Positions 9,824-19,088 of a stretch of 64,000 bases of DNA are shown here, piece after piece. This DNA is from Candidatus Poribacteria bacterium (GTDB lineage: Bacteria > Poribacteria > WGA-4E > WGA-3G): the NCBI GenBank assembly GCA_965205015.1, contig OZ242029.1:4448001-4512000 (forward strand). Direction: 5' to 3'. Every line of letters starts with the position of its first letter. Within the stretch, counting starts at the first letter, position 1. The notes beneath the pieces were generated by a model. That model was not told the DNA's origin, searched no databases, and saw nothing but the letters and a program-made list of their open reading frames with translations. Both the position numbers and the translations under genes were made by a program.

Positions 9824-9852
9824 TTGACAAAGAGAAAAACGTATGATATAAT
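9824..9852 (+). promoter_or_regulatory. Consensus sigma70 promoter of the tetR gene
   Basis: TTGACA (9824-9829)-N17-TATAAT (9847-9852) with extended TG. Confidence 0.85.
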
Positions 9853-9853
9853 A

Positions 9854-9884
9854 TTAACACTGTAAAGTTAGATAACTTTGTAAA
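9854..9884. promoter_or_regulatory. Putative TetR operator (autoregulatory, tandem sites)
   Basis: TTAACACTGTAAA directly after the -10 box, with a weaker second site 18 bp downstream. Confidence 0.7.
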
Positions 9885-9898
9885 CAAAGGTTAGAGCA

Positions 9899-10504
9899 AT
9901 GGGCACTAAAGAGCGAAGAGCAAGAGAAAAAGAACAATTACGGCGGCAAATTCTTGTTGCAGCACGAGAGCTGTTTGTCAATGAAGGGTATGAAAACGTC
10001 TCCATGCGAAAGATCGCCAACAAGATCGAATACTCTCCGACAACGATCTATCTCTACTTCAAAGACAAGGCGGATCTTTTGGATTCGGTTTGCCAGGAAA
10101 CACTCTTGAACCTGTTGAACACACTTGAGCAGCTAAAAAGAGATAAGAGCGACCCCCTCGAGACCTTGAGAAAAAGTGGACGCACCTATGTCGACTTCGG
10201 CTTAAAATATCCACAAGATTACAAATTGACATTTGTCATCCGTCCCCAGTTCCAGAAAGGCTTAGGTCTGGAGGAAGGATCCGTTGGCGAAACGGTGTTC
10301 AATTACTTACGTGAAATGGTTTCCGAATGCATCCAGCAACAGAAATTCCGGCAGATGGATGTCGAAACCACCGGTCAAGTGCTGTGGTCAGCCGTTCATG
10401 GTGTCACACTGCTGCTGATTGATTTCCCAGATTTCCCTTGGACCGAGAAAGACAAATTGATAGACACAGTAATTCACACGACAATCGAGGGTTTGAAGGC
10501 ATAG
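9899..10504 (+). CDS. TetR/AcrR family transcriptional regulator
   Basis: ILVAARELFVNEGYENVSMRKIANKIEYSPTTIYLYFKDK; C-terminal WSAVHG motif. Confidence 0.95.
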   Translation: MGTKERRAREKEQLRRQILVAARELFVNEGYENVSMRKIANKIEYSPTTIYLYFKDKADLLDSVCQETLLNLLNTLEQLKRDKSDPLETLRKSGRTYVDFGLKYPQDYKLTFVIRPQFQKGLGLEEGSVGETVFNYLREMVSECIQQQKFRQMDVETTGQVLWSAVHGVTLLLIDFPDFPWTEKDKLIDTVIHTTIEGLKA

Positions 10505-10604
10505 TCTACTCTCCTGGCAGGGTTTGTAACCCTGCCAATCTCCGGCTGTTTAAGGAATTCTAAAGTCTACGATATTTGTTGACGGTCGTTTATGCTTTTG
10601 CTCA

Positions 10605-10639
10605 TAAGTTAACACTGTAAACTTATTTACCTATGTTAA
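10605..10639. promoter_or_regulatory. Putative TetR operator 2
   Basis: Near-perfect 21-bp palindrome TAAGTTAACACTGTAAACTTA plus a weaker second site. Confidence 0.75.
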
Positions 10640-10654
10640 TATATGGAGGATAAA

Positions 10655-12301
10655 ATGAAAAAGCGAAACCTATTCTCAATACTCACCCTTGGTGTCCTTC
10701 TATCTGGATACCTCAGCCTGTTTGGCGAAGAGGTTGAGCAGACACCACCTGCCCCTGTGGAATTCACTTTCGATCCGTATGAAATCGTTATTGGCACAGC
10801 GAAACGCCAGACCGTTTTGACGGGATTTCTCCTCGGCGGTGCTATCGCGGAAATTGCCGTGGTGCACGTTGACGAGAACGACAATCGGCACTTACGCATC
10901 TACGTATTCGGCGACGGCACTTGGACCCTGAAATTCAACGCAACCCTGCGTCCCGACGTGTTATTCGTTGATGTCGCAAATATCGGCGGACGCGATCGAT
11001 TGATTGTGTATGGACCCGACCACCTAAACTGGTTCGATCCGGACGCAGCGACGGAACGCCCATTGGTAGCGGTTACTTCCAACTTCAAGCCGCCTCGTAA
11101 AGACGAAGTTCCGCATGTAGACCTTACTCGGGACGTGAATGCTGACGGCCGCGATGACTTGGTAGTGCCTGATTCCGATGGCTTTTGGGTGTTCATTCAG
11201 ATGAGCGACGGCACGTTCGCCGATCCAGTGAAACTCGGTCCGCCCACTGAGATGGAGAGGATCCTCGGTGCCGACGGATATCGATACGATCCTTGGTCTC
11301 AGAGCCGTATCCATGAAATCGACTACGACAGAGATGGACGCGTCGACCTGACCTTCTGGAACGAGGACCACTTCGAGGTTCATCTCCAGGACGCGCGCGG
11401 GCTGTTTACACCGAAAGCCATAACCTTCACCACCGATGTGGCATTCGACACCGACCGGCTCTCTTCACTCACCGCCCGGGACATGACAGGGAAGGTGCTG
11501 CACGCGTTGGCTGACCTGAGCGGCGACGGTATCGCCGATTTGGTCATTTTCAAACTTTCGGGCAGAGACATCTCCAGTAAGCATTCCAGTTACGAGGTGC
11601 ATTTCGGCGCGCCAACCCGCGATGGTGGCACTACTTTCGCGCCGGATGCTGACATCACATTCCGGGCGGACGAGAGAATCCAACTTGAGATGAACCGACA
11701 CGACTTCAATTGTGACGGTCAAGTTGACCTGATGATCACGACCCTCCATACCAAGCACCTCAAGGGGAGCCTCTGGAAGCGCCTCAAGGGGTTCATGGGG
11801 GATGACATCGGGCTGGGACTTGAGTTCTACCAAATGGATAAAGGTCGCTATCCCGACACACCCAATACCACCCGTGGCATAGCGTTGGACGGAGTCCCCA
11901 GCCATCGCGAACCGGGGTGGGTGCCACTGGGTATTGTGCTCCGAGGGGCGACACATGAGAGACGGAACACGCAAAAGAGTTACCCGCGCGCCTTCAACAC
12001 AACCTTGCGCATTGGGGATGTTACTGGTGATGGTCTCTCAGATCTGCTTATCGCCGATCATCCTCGGATCATGGTCGTCTTCGTCGGCGTACCGGGACCA
12101 GAAATATTCGCCCAGCAGCCTCAGAGGGTGGCAGTTGCGCTTCCCAATGACGAAGAATACACCTATCTGGTGGACCTCAACAAGGACGGCGTGCAGGATA
12201 TTCTCATGCATCACCCATTCACTTTACGGGACCTTCACGGAGCACGGAAACTGCCTCTGGGAACTGAACCGCATCGGGTGCAGCTGCTGATCGCCCGATA
12301 A
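10655..12301 (+). CDS. Exported FG-GAP/VCBS-repeat (beta-propeller) protein
   Basis: GGAGG RBS; signal peptide; repeated DxNxDGxxDL motifs (DVNADGRDDL, DYDRDGRVDL, DLSGDGIADL, DLNKDGVQDI). Confidence 0.85.
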   Translation: MKKRNLFSILTLGVLLSGYLSLFGEEVEQTPPAPVEFTFDPYEIVIGTAKRQTVLTGFLLGGAIAEIAVVHVDENDNRHLRIYVFGDGTWTLKFNATLRPDVLFVDVANIGGRDRLIVYGPDHLNWFDPDAATERPLVAVTSNFKPPRKDEVPHVDLTRDVNADGRDDLVVPDSDGFWVFIQMSDGTFADPVKLGPPTEMERILGADGYRYDPWSQSRIHEIDYDRDGRVDLTFWNEDHFEVHLQDARGLFTPKAITFTTDVAFDTDRLSSLTARDMTGKVLHALADLSGDGIADLVIFKLSGRDISSKHSSYEVHFGAPTRDGGTTFAPDADITFRADERIQLEMNRHDFNCDGQVDLMITTLHTKHLKGSLWKRLKGFMGDDIGLGLEFYQMDKGRYPDTPNTTRGIALDGVPSHREPGWVPLGIVLRGATHERRNTQKSYPRAFNTTLRIGDVTGDGLSDLLIADHPRIMVVFVGVPGPEIFAQQPQRVAVALPNDEEYTYLVDLNKDGVQDILMHHPFTLRDLHGARKLPLGTEPHRVQLLIAR

Positions 12302-12327
12302 ATCCGTCAATGATATTTTTTTGTCAA

Positions 12328-12363
12328 TAAGTTAACACTGTCAACTTAATTATCTATGTTAAT
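12328..12363. promoter_or_regulatory. Putative TetR operator 3
   Basis: TAAGTTAACACTGTCAACTTA plus a second site; flanks match operator 2. Confidence 0.75.
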
Positions 12364-12452
12364 ATATGGAATATCTAAAGGAGGATGAAATGAAAAAGCC
12401 AAACCCATCCCATAAACGCTTGATCGCTCAATCAACCAAAAGGAGAAAGACA

Positions 12453-13004
12453 ATGACACGCCCAATTTTTTGCCTCATCTGCATGTTTGCAGGAATAACC
12501 CTCAGTTTCTCGGCTCAGGCACAAGAAACTGATCTTAACAAAAATAGTGTAAAGCAAGATAAATTCCTCATGGATGACTCGGAATTTGGTATCGGACTTC
12601 AGGGCGCCACTTCTGAATTTGGCGGCATTAGTTTGCGTTACACCGGACTGGCACCGATATACTTTCAAACGGTTGGACGTTTTATTCTCAACGACCAGAG
12701 TAGCGATCACATGTTCGGAGGCGGCGTTTCTTACGCCATATTCGAGCACCACGGAAGGTGGCATACATCACGCCTCTATTTCACCTTAGAAGGGGGCTGG
12801 CGATACAACAAAGAACGGGAACTCCTTACCACCACGTTAGGAGGCGGACTCGCTTTTGGAGGCGAACTCGTGTTCTCACTCGGCGGCATTCCGCTCGGTT
12901 TGAACGTCGCTGTCGGTCAAGGATTCGGCAGAGAAAAAACCGACGCTGAATCCAAAGGTCTCGCTGGGGTTTACGTAGGCATGGGTATACATGCCTATTT
13001 CTAA
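12453..13004 (+). CDS. Putative small outer-membrane beta-barrel protein
   Basis: AAGGAG RBS; AQA signal peptide; Gly/aromatic alternating strands; ends MGIHAYF with terminal Phe. Alternative in-frame start at 12390. Confidence 0.65.
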   Translation: MTRPIFCLICMFAGITLSFSAQAQETDLNKNSVKQDKFLMDDSEFGIGLQGATSEFGGISLRYTGLAPIYFQTVGRFILNDQSSDHMFGGGVSYAIFEHHGRWHTSRLYFTLEGGWRYNKERELLTTTLGGGLAFGGELVFSLGGIPLGLNVAVGQGFGREKTDAESKGLAGVYVGMGIHAYF

Positions 13005-13032
13005 TGTAAACTCGATATGAGCATTTGCGGGA

Positions 13033-13079
13033 TGGAAGATTGGAAGGTTGGGGCTTTTCTCCATCCTTCTAATCTTCCA
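13033..13079. terminator. Hairpin between convergent genes
   Basis: TGGAAGATTGGAAGG ... CCTTCTAATCTTCCA. Confidence 0.55.
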
Positions 13080-13148
13080 GTCCGCCAGTCAAATGCTTTT
13101 ACGCGTTGCCTTCCCTTCTTTTTCACGTGATCGCCAGTCACCTACTGT

Positions 13149-14054
13149 TCACCTTGACCTACGCGCCTGCTGCGCTGAAACCAATGCGTGCCACTCCTGC
13201 CACGTCGGTTTACGACCTTCAGTCAGCACGACAAGCGGGACTCTACCGCCTGCCAAGGCTTTGTCCCTCACGAATTCGGCGGCTTCGCGCGCCTCGGCGG
13301 TCAGGTCAGCCCGGTCAGGTGTTGGGAAATAGCGGAAGTCGATGCTCCAACGGGATCTCCGTGTTGTGTTCACTTTGCTGGTATGTACGCAAAGGTTCGA
13401 CATGAACAACGCACCACCGGGTTTCAACGGAATCGGGACGGGCGTGCCACGCGCCTCGACATCCGCCTCCATCCGGACGTTTGAATCCGCACCGCGCGCA
13501 CCGTCCAGCAACCCCCAACGGTGGCTCCCGGGAATCACCCAGCAACATCCATTCTCGACCGTCGCTTCGACCAACGGCACCCACACCGTAACCATGTGGA
13601 GACCGCCTGTATGCTGCTCCTTTTTCCCGATAGTCGACTGGTCCAAATACTGGCTGTCTTGGTGCCACGGGAACGAGGTAATTACGCTGCCGGGGAGCTT
13701 CGTCCGTAATGCCGGTGTGCCGATATTCGAGACTTCAGGACCTAAGAGAAGGCGCAGCACGTCCAGAACACCCGGGAGGTTGTAGAGATCGTAAAACTCA
13801 CGTCCATACATACCAAAACTCCAGTTGCGAGGCAATATATCCAACTCTTCGCAGATCACAGCATACCGCCGCTCAAAGGATTCGTCTTCATAGCGCGACG
13901 ACAGCTTCCCCTCACTATACAGTTCACGGCTATACGCATCAACCTTTGCCTTGATGAAGTCGCGCATCGGCTCTAAATCCCGATTGTCAATAAGGTTTCT
14001 GACGACCACATAACCGTCCTGCTCATAAGCCGTCTTAATTTCCTGATCTGTCAT
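13149..14054 (-). CDS. PhyH-family dioxygenase
   Basis: YEQDGYVVVRNLI; FPWHQD; VWVPL; NGCCWVIPGSH; VHTSKVN...RWSIDFRY. Confidence 0.9.
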   Translation of the reverse strand: MTDQEIKTAYEQDGYVVVRNLIDNRDLEPMRDFIKAKVDAYSRELYSEGKLSSRYEDESFERRYAVICEELDILPRNWSFGMYGREFYDLYNLPGVLDVLRLLLGPEVSNIGTPALRTKLPGSVITSFPWHQDSQYLDQSTIGKKEQHTGGLHMVTVWVPLVEATVENGCCWVIPGSHRWGLLDGARGADSNVRMEADVEARGTPVPIPLKPGGALFMSNLCVHTSKVNTTRRSRWSIDFRYFPTPDRADLTAEAREAAEFVRDKALAGGRVPLVVLTEGRKPTWQEWHALVSAQQARRSR

Positions 14055-14174
14055 TAGCTAATCTCCTTCCGTCGCTGTTGCACAATCTCAAACGATATGC
14101 TATCATGAATGCTTAGCAGGCGCAATACGAATTGATCGATTTTTTTCCAATTCCATACATGAAGGGGTCCAGAT

Positions 14175-15308
14175 ATGAAAATTACCGATGTAAAAGCGAT
14201 GACACTCAAGGGATACAAACAGTGGAATTACGTCCAAATCGAAACCGATGAGGGATTGATGGGGATAGGCGAAGCGCATCCCGGCGCAGGAATCGCTGAT
14301 ATTATCCTGCAATTCAAGAACACACTCGTCGGTGCAGATCCAAGAAATATAGAACCCCTCTACCACCGAATGATCGGTGCCGCGAGCAACCGACACGCAA
14401 TGGGTTTATCGGCTATCGGTGGGATAGAAACGGCACTGTGGGATCTGCTCGGAAAAAGCCTCGGTGTGCCGGTCTATCAACTGTTAGGTGGAAAGTATCG
14501 CGACCGTATCCGACTCTATGCCGATGTCGGACACGGAAAAGGGAACACGCCTGAAGGTTGGGCACAGCGCGCCAAAGAAGGTGTTGCCGATGGCTACCAA
14601 GCGATTAAATTCGACATCGATAACTCCGCAAACGAACTCAAGCAGGATGCGGTCAATCGGGAACTCAGCACAGCGGAGTTACAGAAAATGACAGCGTTAG
14701 TCGCCGCCGCACGCGAAGCCGCTGGTGATGGCATCGACATTAGCATCGACTGTCATAGTCTATTCAGTACCCATTCAGCGATGAAACTTGCCGAACGCTT
14801 GGAACCGTTCGATCTGATGTTCTTGGAAGACCCTGTCCCGAATGATAACGTCGAAGCGATGGCGAAGGTTACTGCCGCCACTTCTATCCCCATCTGTACC
14901 GGTGAATTCCTGTTCCGACGGGACGGCTTCCGAGAGCTGATCCAGACCCAAGCCTGCGATATGCTTCACGTCGATGTATCTGGAACGGGAGGAATGCTTG
15001 AGGCGAAGAAAATTGCAGATCTGGCGGACCTTTACTACATCCCATTTGCGGCACACAACATCACATCGCCAATCGGGATGACAGCGACAGCGCATGTTTG
15101 TGCAGCCGTGCGGAATTTCATCGTTATGGAACTCCCATATCACGCCGATCAGGTTGAATGGCGATGGGATCTCGCACTTTCCGACGAACCGCTCATGCAA
15201 GAGAGTGTCTTTGTGGTGCCGGAGCAGCCAGGACTGGGTGTCGAAATCAACGCAGACGTTGCGAGAGAACATCTCATGCCCGGATCCGATCACTTCGGTG
15301 TGTCTTAA
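14175..15308 (+). CDS. Mandelate racemase/muconate lactonizing enzyme family (acid-sugar dehydratase-like)
   Basis: GIETALWDLLGK, KFD, IDCH, FLEDP, TGE, AAHN. Confidence 0.9.
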   Translation: MKITDVKAMTLKGYKQWNYVQIETDEGLMGIGEAHPGAGIADIILQFKNTLVGADPRNIEPLYHRMIGAASNRHAMGLSAIGGIETALWDLLGKSLGVPVYQLLGGKYRDRIRLYADVGHGKGNTPEGWAQRAKEGVADGYQAIKFDIDNSANELKQDAVNRELSTAELQKMTALVAAAREAAGDGIDISIDCHSLFSTHSAMKLAERLEPFDLMFLEDPVPNDNVEAMAKVTAATSIPICTGEFLFRRDGFRELIQTQACDMLHVDVSGTGGMLEAKKIADLADLYYIPFAAHNITSPIGMTATAHVCAAVRNFIVMELPYHADQVEWRWDLALSDEPLMQESVFVVPEQPGLGVEINADVAREHLMPGSDHFGVS

Positions 15309-15392
15309 TTTTCCCGTATTAACCGTGTCATTGTCCGCCTCGAATGATGTCTCCCACGAATTTGAGGCGGGCTTTACTATCTGCTGTTGAAA

Positions 15393-17306
15393 TCATCCGG
15401 GTAAGGCACCTTGGTAGTTCACACCGGTAAACATCCCAACCACCATCCAAAATCCGACGATGCCAAACTCACCGATGATCAATCCCATAAACAGCGGTCG
15501 AAGCCTTCGATAGGATCCAATGCCCCCGGATTTTAATGCCAGATACTTCAAAAACCAGCCGATACATATACAGGACCAGAGGAAATAGGAGGAATACACC
15601 GCGCCCATCACATATCCAATCGGATGAAGGTGCCACCACATAAATTGACGCTGCATAATCAACAGGAATCCGGTGATGCCGGCTCCCAAAAGCATGCTGT
15701 ATGCCTCTCCCAATTTCGGGTCTTTCGGATACTGAATCAGGGAAACGATATGATTGAAGTATCTCGGTGCACCGGTAAAGGGACCCCTTTGCAGATTCAA
15801 GCCGCCCTTTTCATAAATTAAGGGCAGCGATGCCGCATAGGAGACGCCGATAGCAACAGCAATAGCCAGCACCATCGCACCGAGGACGCTTCTTCGATTT
15901 AATCCGACAGGATCCGCCGCTTTAAATCCGTGTAGAACGCTCGGCATTAAGATACCACCCCAGTCGCGCATCATTACCCGTTGGAACCCTAAGAGTGCCA
16001 AACTGTTCGCATTGATAATCCTTGAGCCGGCAGTAATCTCAAAGTATTCTACGGGATACATCGGTGCCTGAATCAGTAGCATACCGCCATTGACGACCAT
16101 CCACGACAGTGCCGTAGAAGCGATAAGGAACAGTGCAATAATGCTACAAGCGACCCAAAGCGACATCCCCGCGTAGACGCAGAGACCCGCAAGCAGCAGA
16201 AAACTAAACACCGTTCCCAGCACTGCCCATCTATACGGTAATACCTCATCTGAATCGTCGATCGTTGTGGAGGCAGCGGACGCCAGAAACGTCCGTCTCA
16301 GGAGATCCCTGATATGGCTCCGACTGTTAAGCAGGAAGGCGAGAACCATAACCACATAGGCAGCCATTGTTTGTCCTCTGGCAGAGATCCACGGACTGAT
16401 AGGGATCGCAAAGGCGTTGATGATAATGTACTGTAACTTGAAGAATAGGAAGAAAAACCAGCAACTGAAAGACACGTCCATGGCGAGAAAGTAGGTGATA
16501 CCGATAACCGAGAAATAGAGAAAGAACCGAAATTGGGGCCACCACCCCATCACAATCCAGGGACGCTCTGTGAAGGGAGTATACAGGTCATACCGATTCG
16601 GAATGCGTGGGAGTGCGGGGAAATACTCGTGTAGTCCATTGAGTAGATGAAAGAAGGCAGCGATTCCAAAACCTACCCACACGAGCCGATTCCTGAACAA
16701 ACTATCCAGACCGGCGTGCATTGAGGTCTGCTGAACCATCTCCACAGGCACCGTAACGAGTGGAAAGATGAACCTTTCGCGTTCAACCCACTGTTTCCTT
16801 ATCACAACCGATACGCAGATCGTCAGTGCGTAGAGCAGTAAGATGAAAACTGTCCAAACAAAGAGCGGTTTTGCCCAGAGTACCCACGGAACAACCGATT
16901 CCCCCTCATAGAAATCGATAACGGCATGTTCATCCCACACAATTAGCCATTCAGGGAAGTGCGGATGCAGCGTTTCTGCCCACTCATTCTCAGGTGTAGC
17001 GAAATAGACCGGTGCCGCCAGATAGGGGAGTAAGTATCCGATCATTCCTTTCGATGGAATCGCCGAACTGATGACCATCATCACCCAGACGATCATCAAT
17101 TCGCCCGGATTTAACACTGCTCGAGGAAAGGCTTTTTTCAGAATGGGATTGACGACCAGGGTGAGAAAAATCAGTGTAAACACCGTCCCCAAAGGAAAAT
17201 GGTTTCCGGCGATATCTGTTCCTTGGAGATAGTAGTCGTTATAGGGGGTAATTGCTGTCTGTATAATGACGAGTGCCAAACCGATCAGAATCGCTCTCAC
17301 GCTCAT
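15393..17306 (-). CDS. Polytopic membrane protein, DUF6785/DUF6784-like putative transporter
   Basis: ATPENEW, RKQWVERERFIFPL, WWHLHPIGY, PLFMGLIIGE; paralog of 60855..62765. Confidence 0.7.
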   Translation of the reverse strand: MSVRAILIGLALVIIQTAITPYNDYYLQGTDIAGNHFPLGTVFTLIFLTLVVNPILKKAFPRAVLNPGELMIVWVMMVISSAIPSKGMIGYLLPYLAAPVYFATPENEWAETLHPHFPEWLIVWDEHAVIDFYEGESVVPWVLWAKPLFVWTVFILLLYALTICVSVVIRKQWVERERFIFPLVTVPVEMVQQTSMHAGLDSLFRNRLVWVGFGIAAFFHLLNGLHEYFPALPRIPNRYDLYTPFTERPWIVMGWWPQFRFFLYFSVIGITYFLAMDVSFSCWFFFLFFKLQYIIINAFAIPISPWISARGQTMAAYVVMVLAFLLNSRSHIRDLLRRTFLASAASTTIDDSDEVLPYRWAVLGTVFSFLLLAGLCVYAGMSLWVACSIIALFLIASTALSWMVVNGGMLLIQAPMYPVEYFEITAGSRIINANSLALLGFQRVMMRDWGGILMPSVLHGFKAADPVGLNRRSVLGAMVLAIAVAIGVSYAASLPLIYEKGGLNLQRGPFTGAPRYFNHIVSLIQYPKDPKLGEAYSMLLGAGITGFLLIMQRQFMWWHLHPIGYVMGAVYSSYFLWSCICIGWFLKYLALKSGGIGSYRRLRPLFMGLIIGEFGIVGFWMVVGMFTGVNYQGALPG

Positions 17307-17398
17307 CTATGTTCCCCCCTTGTGTTCCTTCTGGCAGCTAAGAATCTTTGTCAACCATTCTATCAAATCCTCTCTTTTTGATTAAGAAAAATCTTGGC

Positions 17399-17427
17399 TT
17401 GAAAAATCGACAACAGACTGGTATACT
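17399..17427 (+). promoter_or_regulatory. Sigma70-type promoter of the C25 peptidase gene
   Basis: TTGAAA-N17-TATACT with extended TG. Confidence 0.55.
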
Positions 17428-17511
17428 CACTGAGTGCCATTCCCATGGTTGGGAACATTTAATGACAGAGTAACCGTTCATTGCACGGCGTGCTAAAATA
17501 TGGAGGTCCCG

Positions 17512-18999
17512 ATGAAGACGTTGATACTAACCAACATAAACGCGTTGACGGAAATCTATCCCCAAGAAGCATTGGATATTCAACAAGCGGTCAAGACATT
17601 TGCGCGGGCCCATAACGCCGAAGTGCATGATATCGATCAGGCTTATCAAGCAAAGACAGGACGCCATCTTTCAGTGCCGACGTATCCTAACGCCGCGTTG
17701 ACAGCAATAGCGAGGGAAATCAAAGCGGAAGTGATTTCACAATTCTCCGGCTCACTGGATACTCTCATATTGGTTGGAGATGAATCTGTCATTCCGATGT
17801 GGGAAATCAATTTAGATGGAACGCACATCCATACCGATTCCTTCTACTCAGATTTGGATGGCGACGGGCTCCCGGAGGTCGCCACGACGCGAGTGCTTGG
17901 AAGTCCCGAGGCGATGCAGCGACAACTGAGCGATACAATCGAAATCGGTGGACCGGAAGCGACGATTCTATGCTCGGAGGACACCCGTATCCATTTGGAG
18001 ACGCAGCGGTTTCTTGATGCACTCGCACAACAAGGACATGAAGTCTCTGTTCTCGGAAGGGGTGGCGCGGAAAGGTTCCCGCAGTCAGATCTGATCATCC
18101 ATTTCGGGCATGGCAGCCCCCAATCTCTGAGCAATCGATTCGGCGAAGACTTTGTAACAGCAGAAAGTATGCCAACATTGCCGCGTCATCCGATTGCGAT
18201 TGTTGATGGATGTGCCACGACTCCGCCCGGTTCAGAACTGTTACACACATTTTTGAACAACGGCGGTCGCGCCTACCTCGGTAGTACCGAGACTGTCTTG
18301 GGCATGATTCCTGCTCGGCACACCAACCAGTTGGTGATGCACTTTATGGACGCTTACGAAGCGCATCCAGACTGGTATATGGCGAAGCTGCTCGCTGCAG
18401 CGCGCACCGAATACGCCAGCGTGACACACCTCCCTGAAATACTATTGGAACTTGAACAGACGGGAACCCTCCATCAGTCTGAGAAATACGACCTAAACGC
18501 CCATCTACTGACGTTTCTGGAGTGGCATGCTTACGGAACACCGTTCGCTCGCCTCCATCAAGGAGCGGCTCGTCCGATTTTCAGCAAACACCCCTTGGTC
18601 GAAACTTCGATCTCTTTGAAAGCACGCGAACAGAACGTTGTGGAAGCGACCTTCGACTTAACGGACGTGGACGGTCAACCCATTCTTTTTCTGCGCGCAG
18701 ACTGGTTGAATTCAACATCAGCCGCGCTGACCCTTCATATCTATCAAAACGAACAGATCCTTCATAAACTGCAGGGCGATGCACACATTATCTATCAACG
18801 CATCGAAGATATTTGTGTCGGAGGCTACATCGATGGGGACCTGTATCACGCGTACTGGTTATTACCGCTGAAAAGAAAAGTAGGGAAAAATCACCTGCGG
18901 GTTGAACTCGCGAGTGGAGGAACGACGTTGACGCTTTTGCCAGAATCCGTAATTGAAATTTGGCCCGAATGGGAGACCATCACGGCACCTCAAGAATAG
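17512..18999 (+). CDS. Peptidase C25 (gingipain-like, clan CD) domain protein
   Basis: LILVGDESVIP, TDSFYSDLDGDGLPEVATTR, HFGHGS (His), VDGCAT (Cys), YGTP; GGAGG RBS. Confidence 0.75.
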   Translation: MKTLILTNINALTEIYPQEALDIQQAVKTFARAHNAEVHDIDQAYQAKTGRHLSVPTYPNAALTAIAREIKAEVISQFSGSLDTLILVGDESVIPMWEINLDGTHIHTDSFYSDLDGDGLPEVATTRVLGSPEAMQRQLSDTIEIGGPEATILCSEDTRIHLETQRFLDALAQQGHEVSVLGRGGAERFPQSDLIIHFGHGSPQSLSNRFGEDFVTAESMPTLPRHPIAIVDGCATTPPGSELLHTFLNNGGRAYLGSTETVLGMIPARHTNQLVMHFMDAYEAHPDWYMAKLLAAARTEYASVTHLPEILLELEQTGTLHQSEKYDLNAHLLTFLEWHAYGTPFARLHQGAARPIFSKHPLVETSISLKAREQNVVEATFDLTDVDGQPILFLRADWLNSTSAALTLHIYQNEQILHKLQGDAHIIYQRIEDICVGGYIDGDLYHAYWLLPLKRKVGKNHLRVELASGGTTLTLLPESVIEIWPEWETITAPQE

Positions 19000-19088
19000 T
19001 TGTCAGTGGAAAAAGTTGTTAATCTTCGCAGGCACCAAAAGGTTTATCGTTTAACGGAAGACGCTTGTACCTGATAACCGAGAACCCC

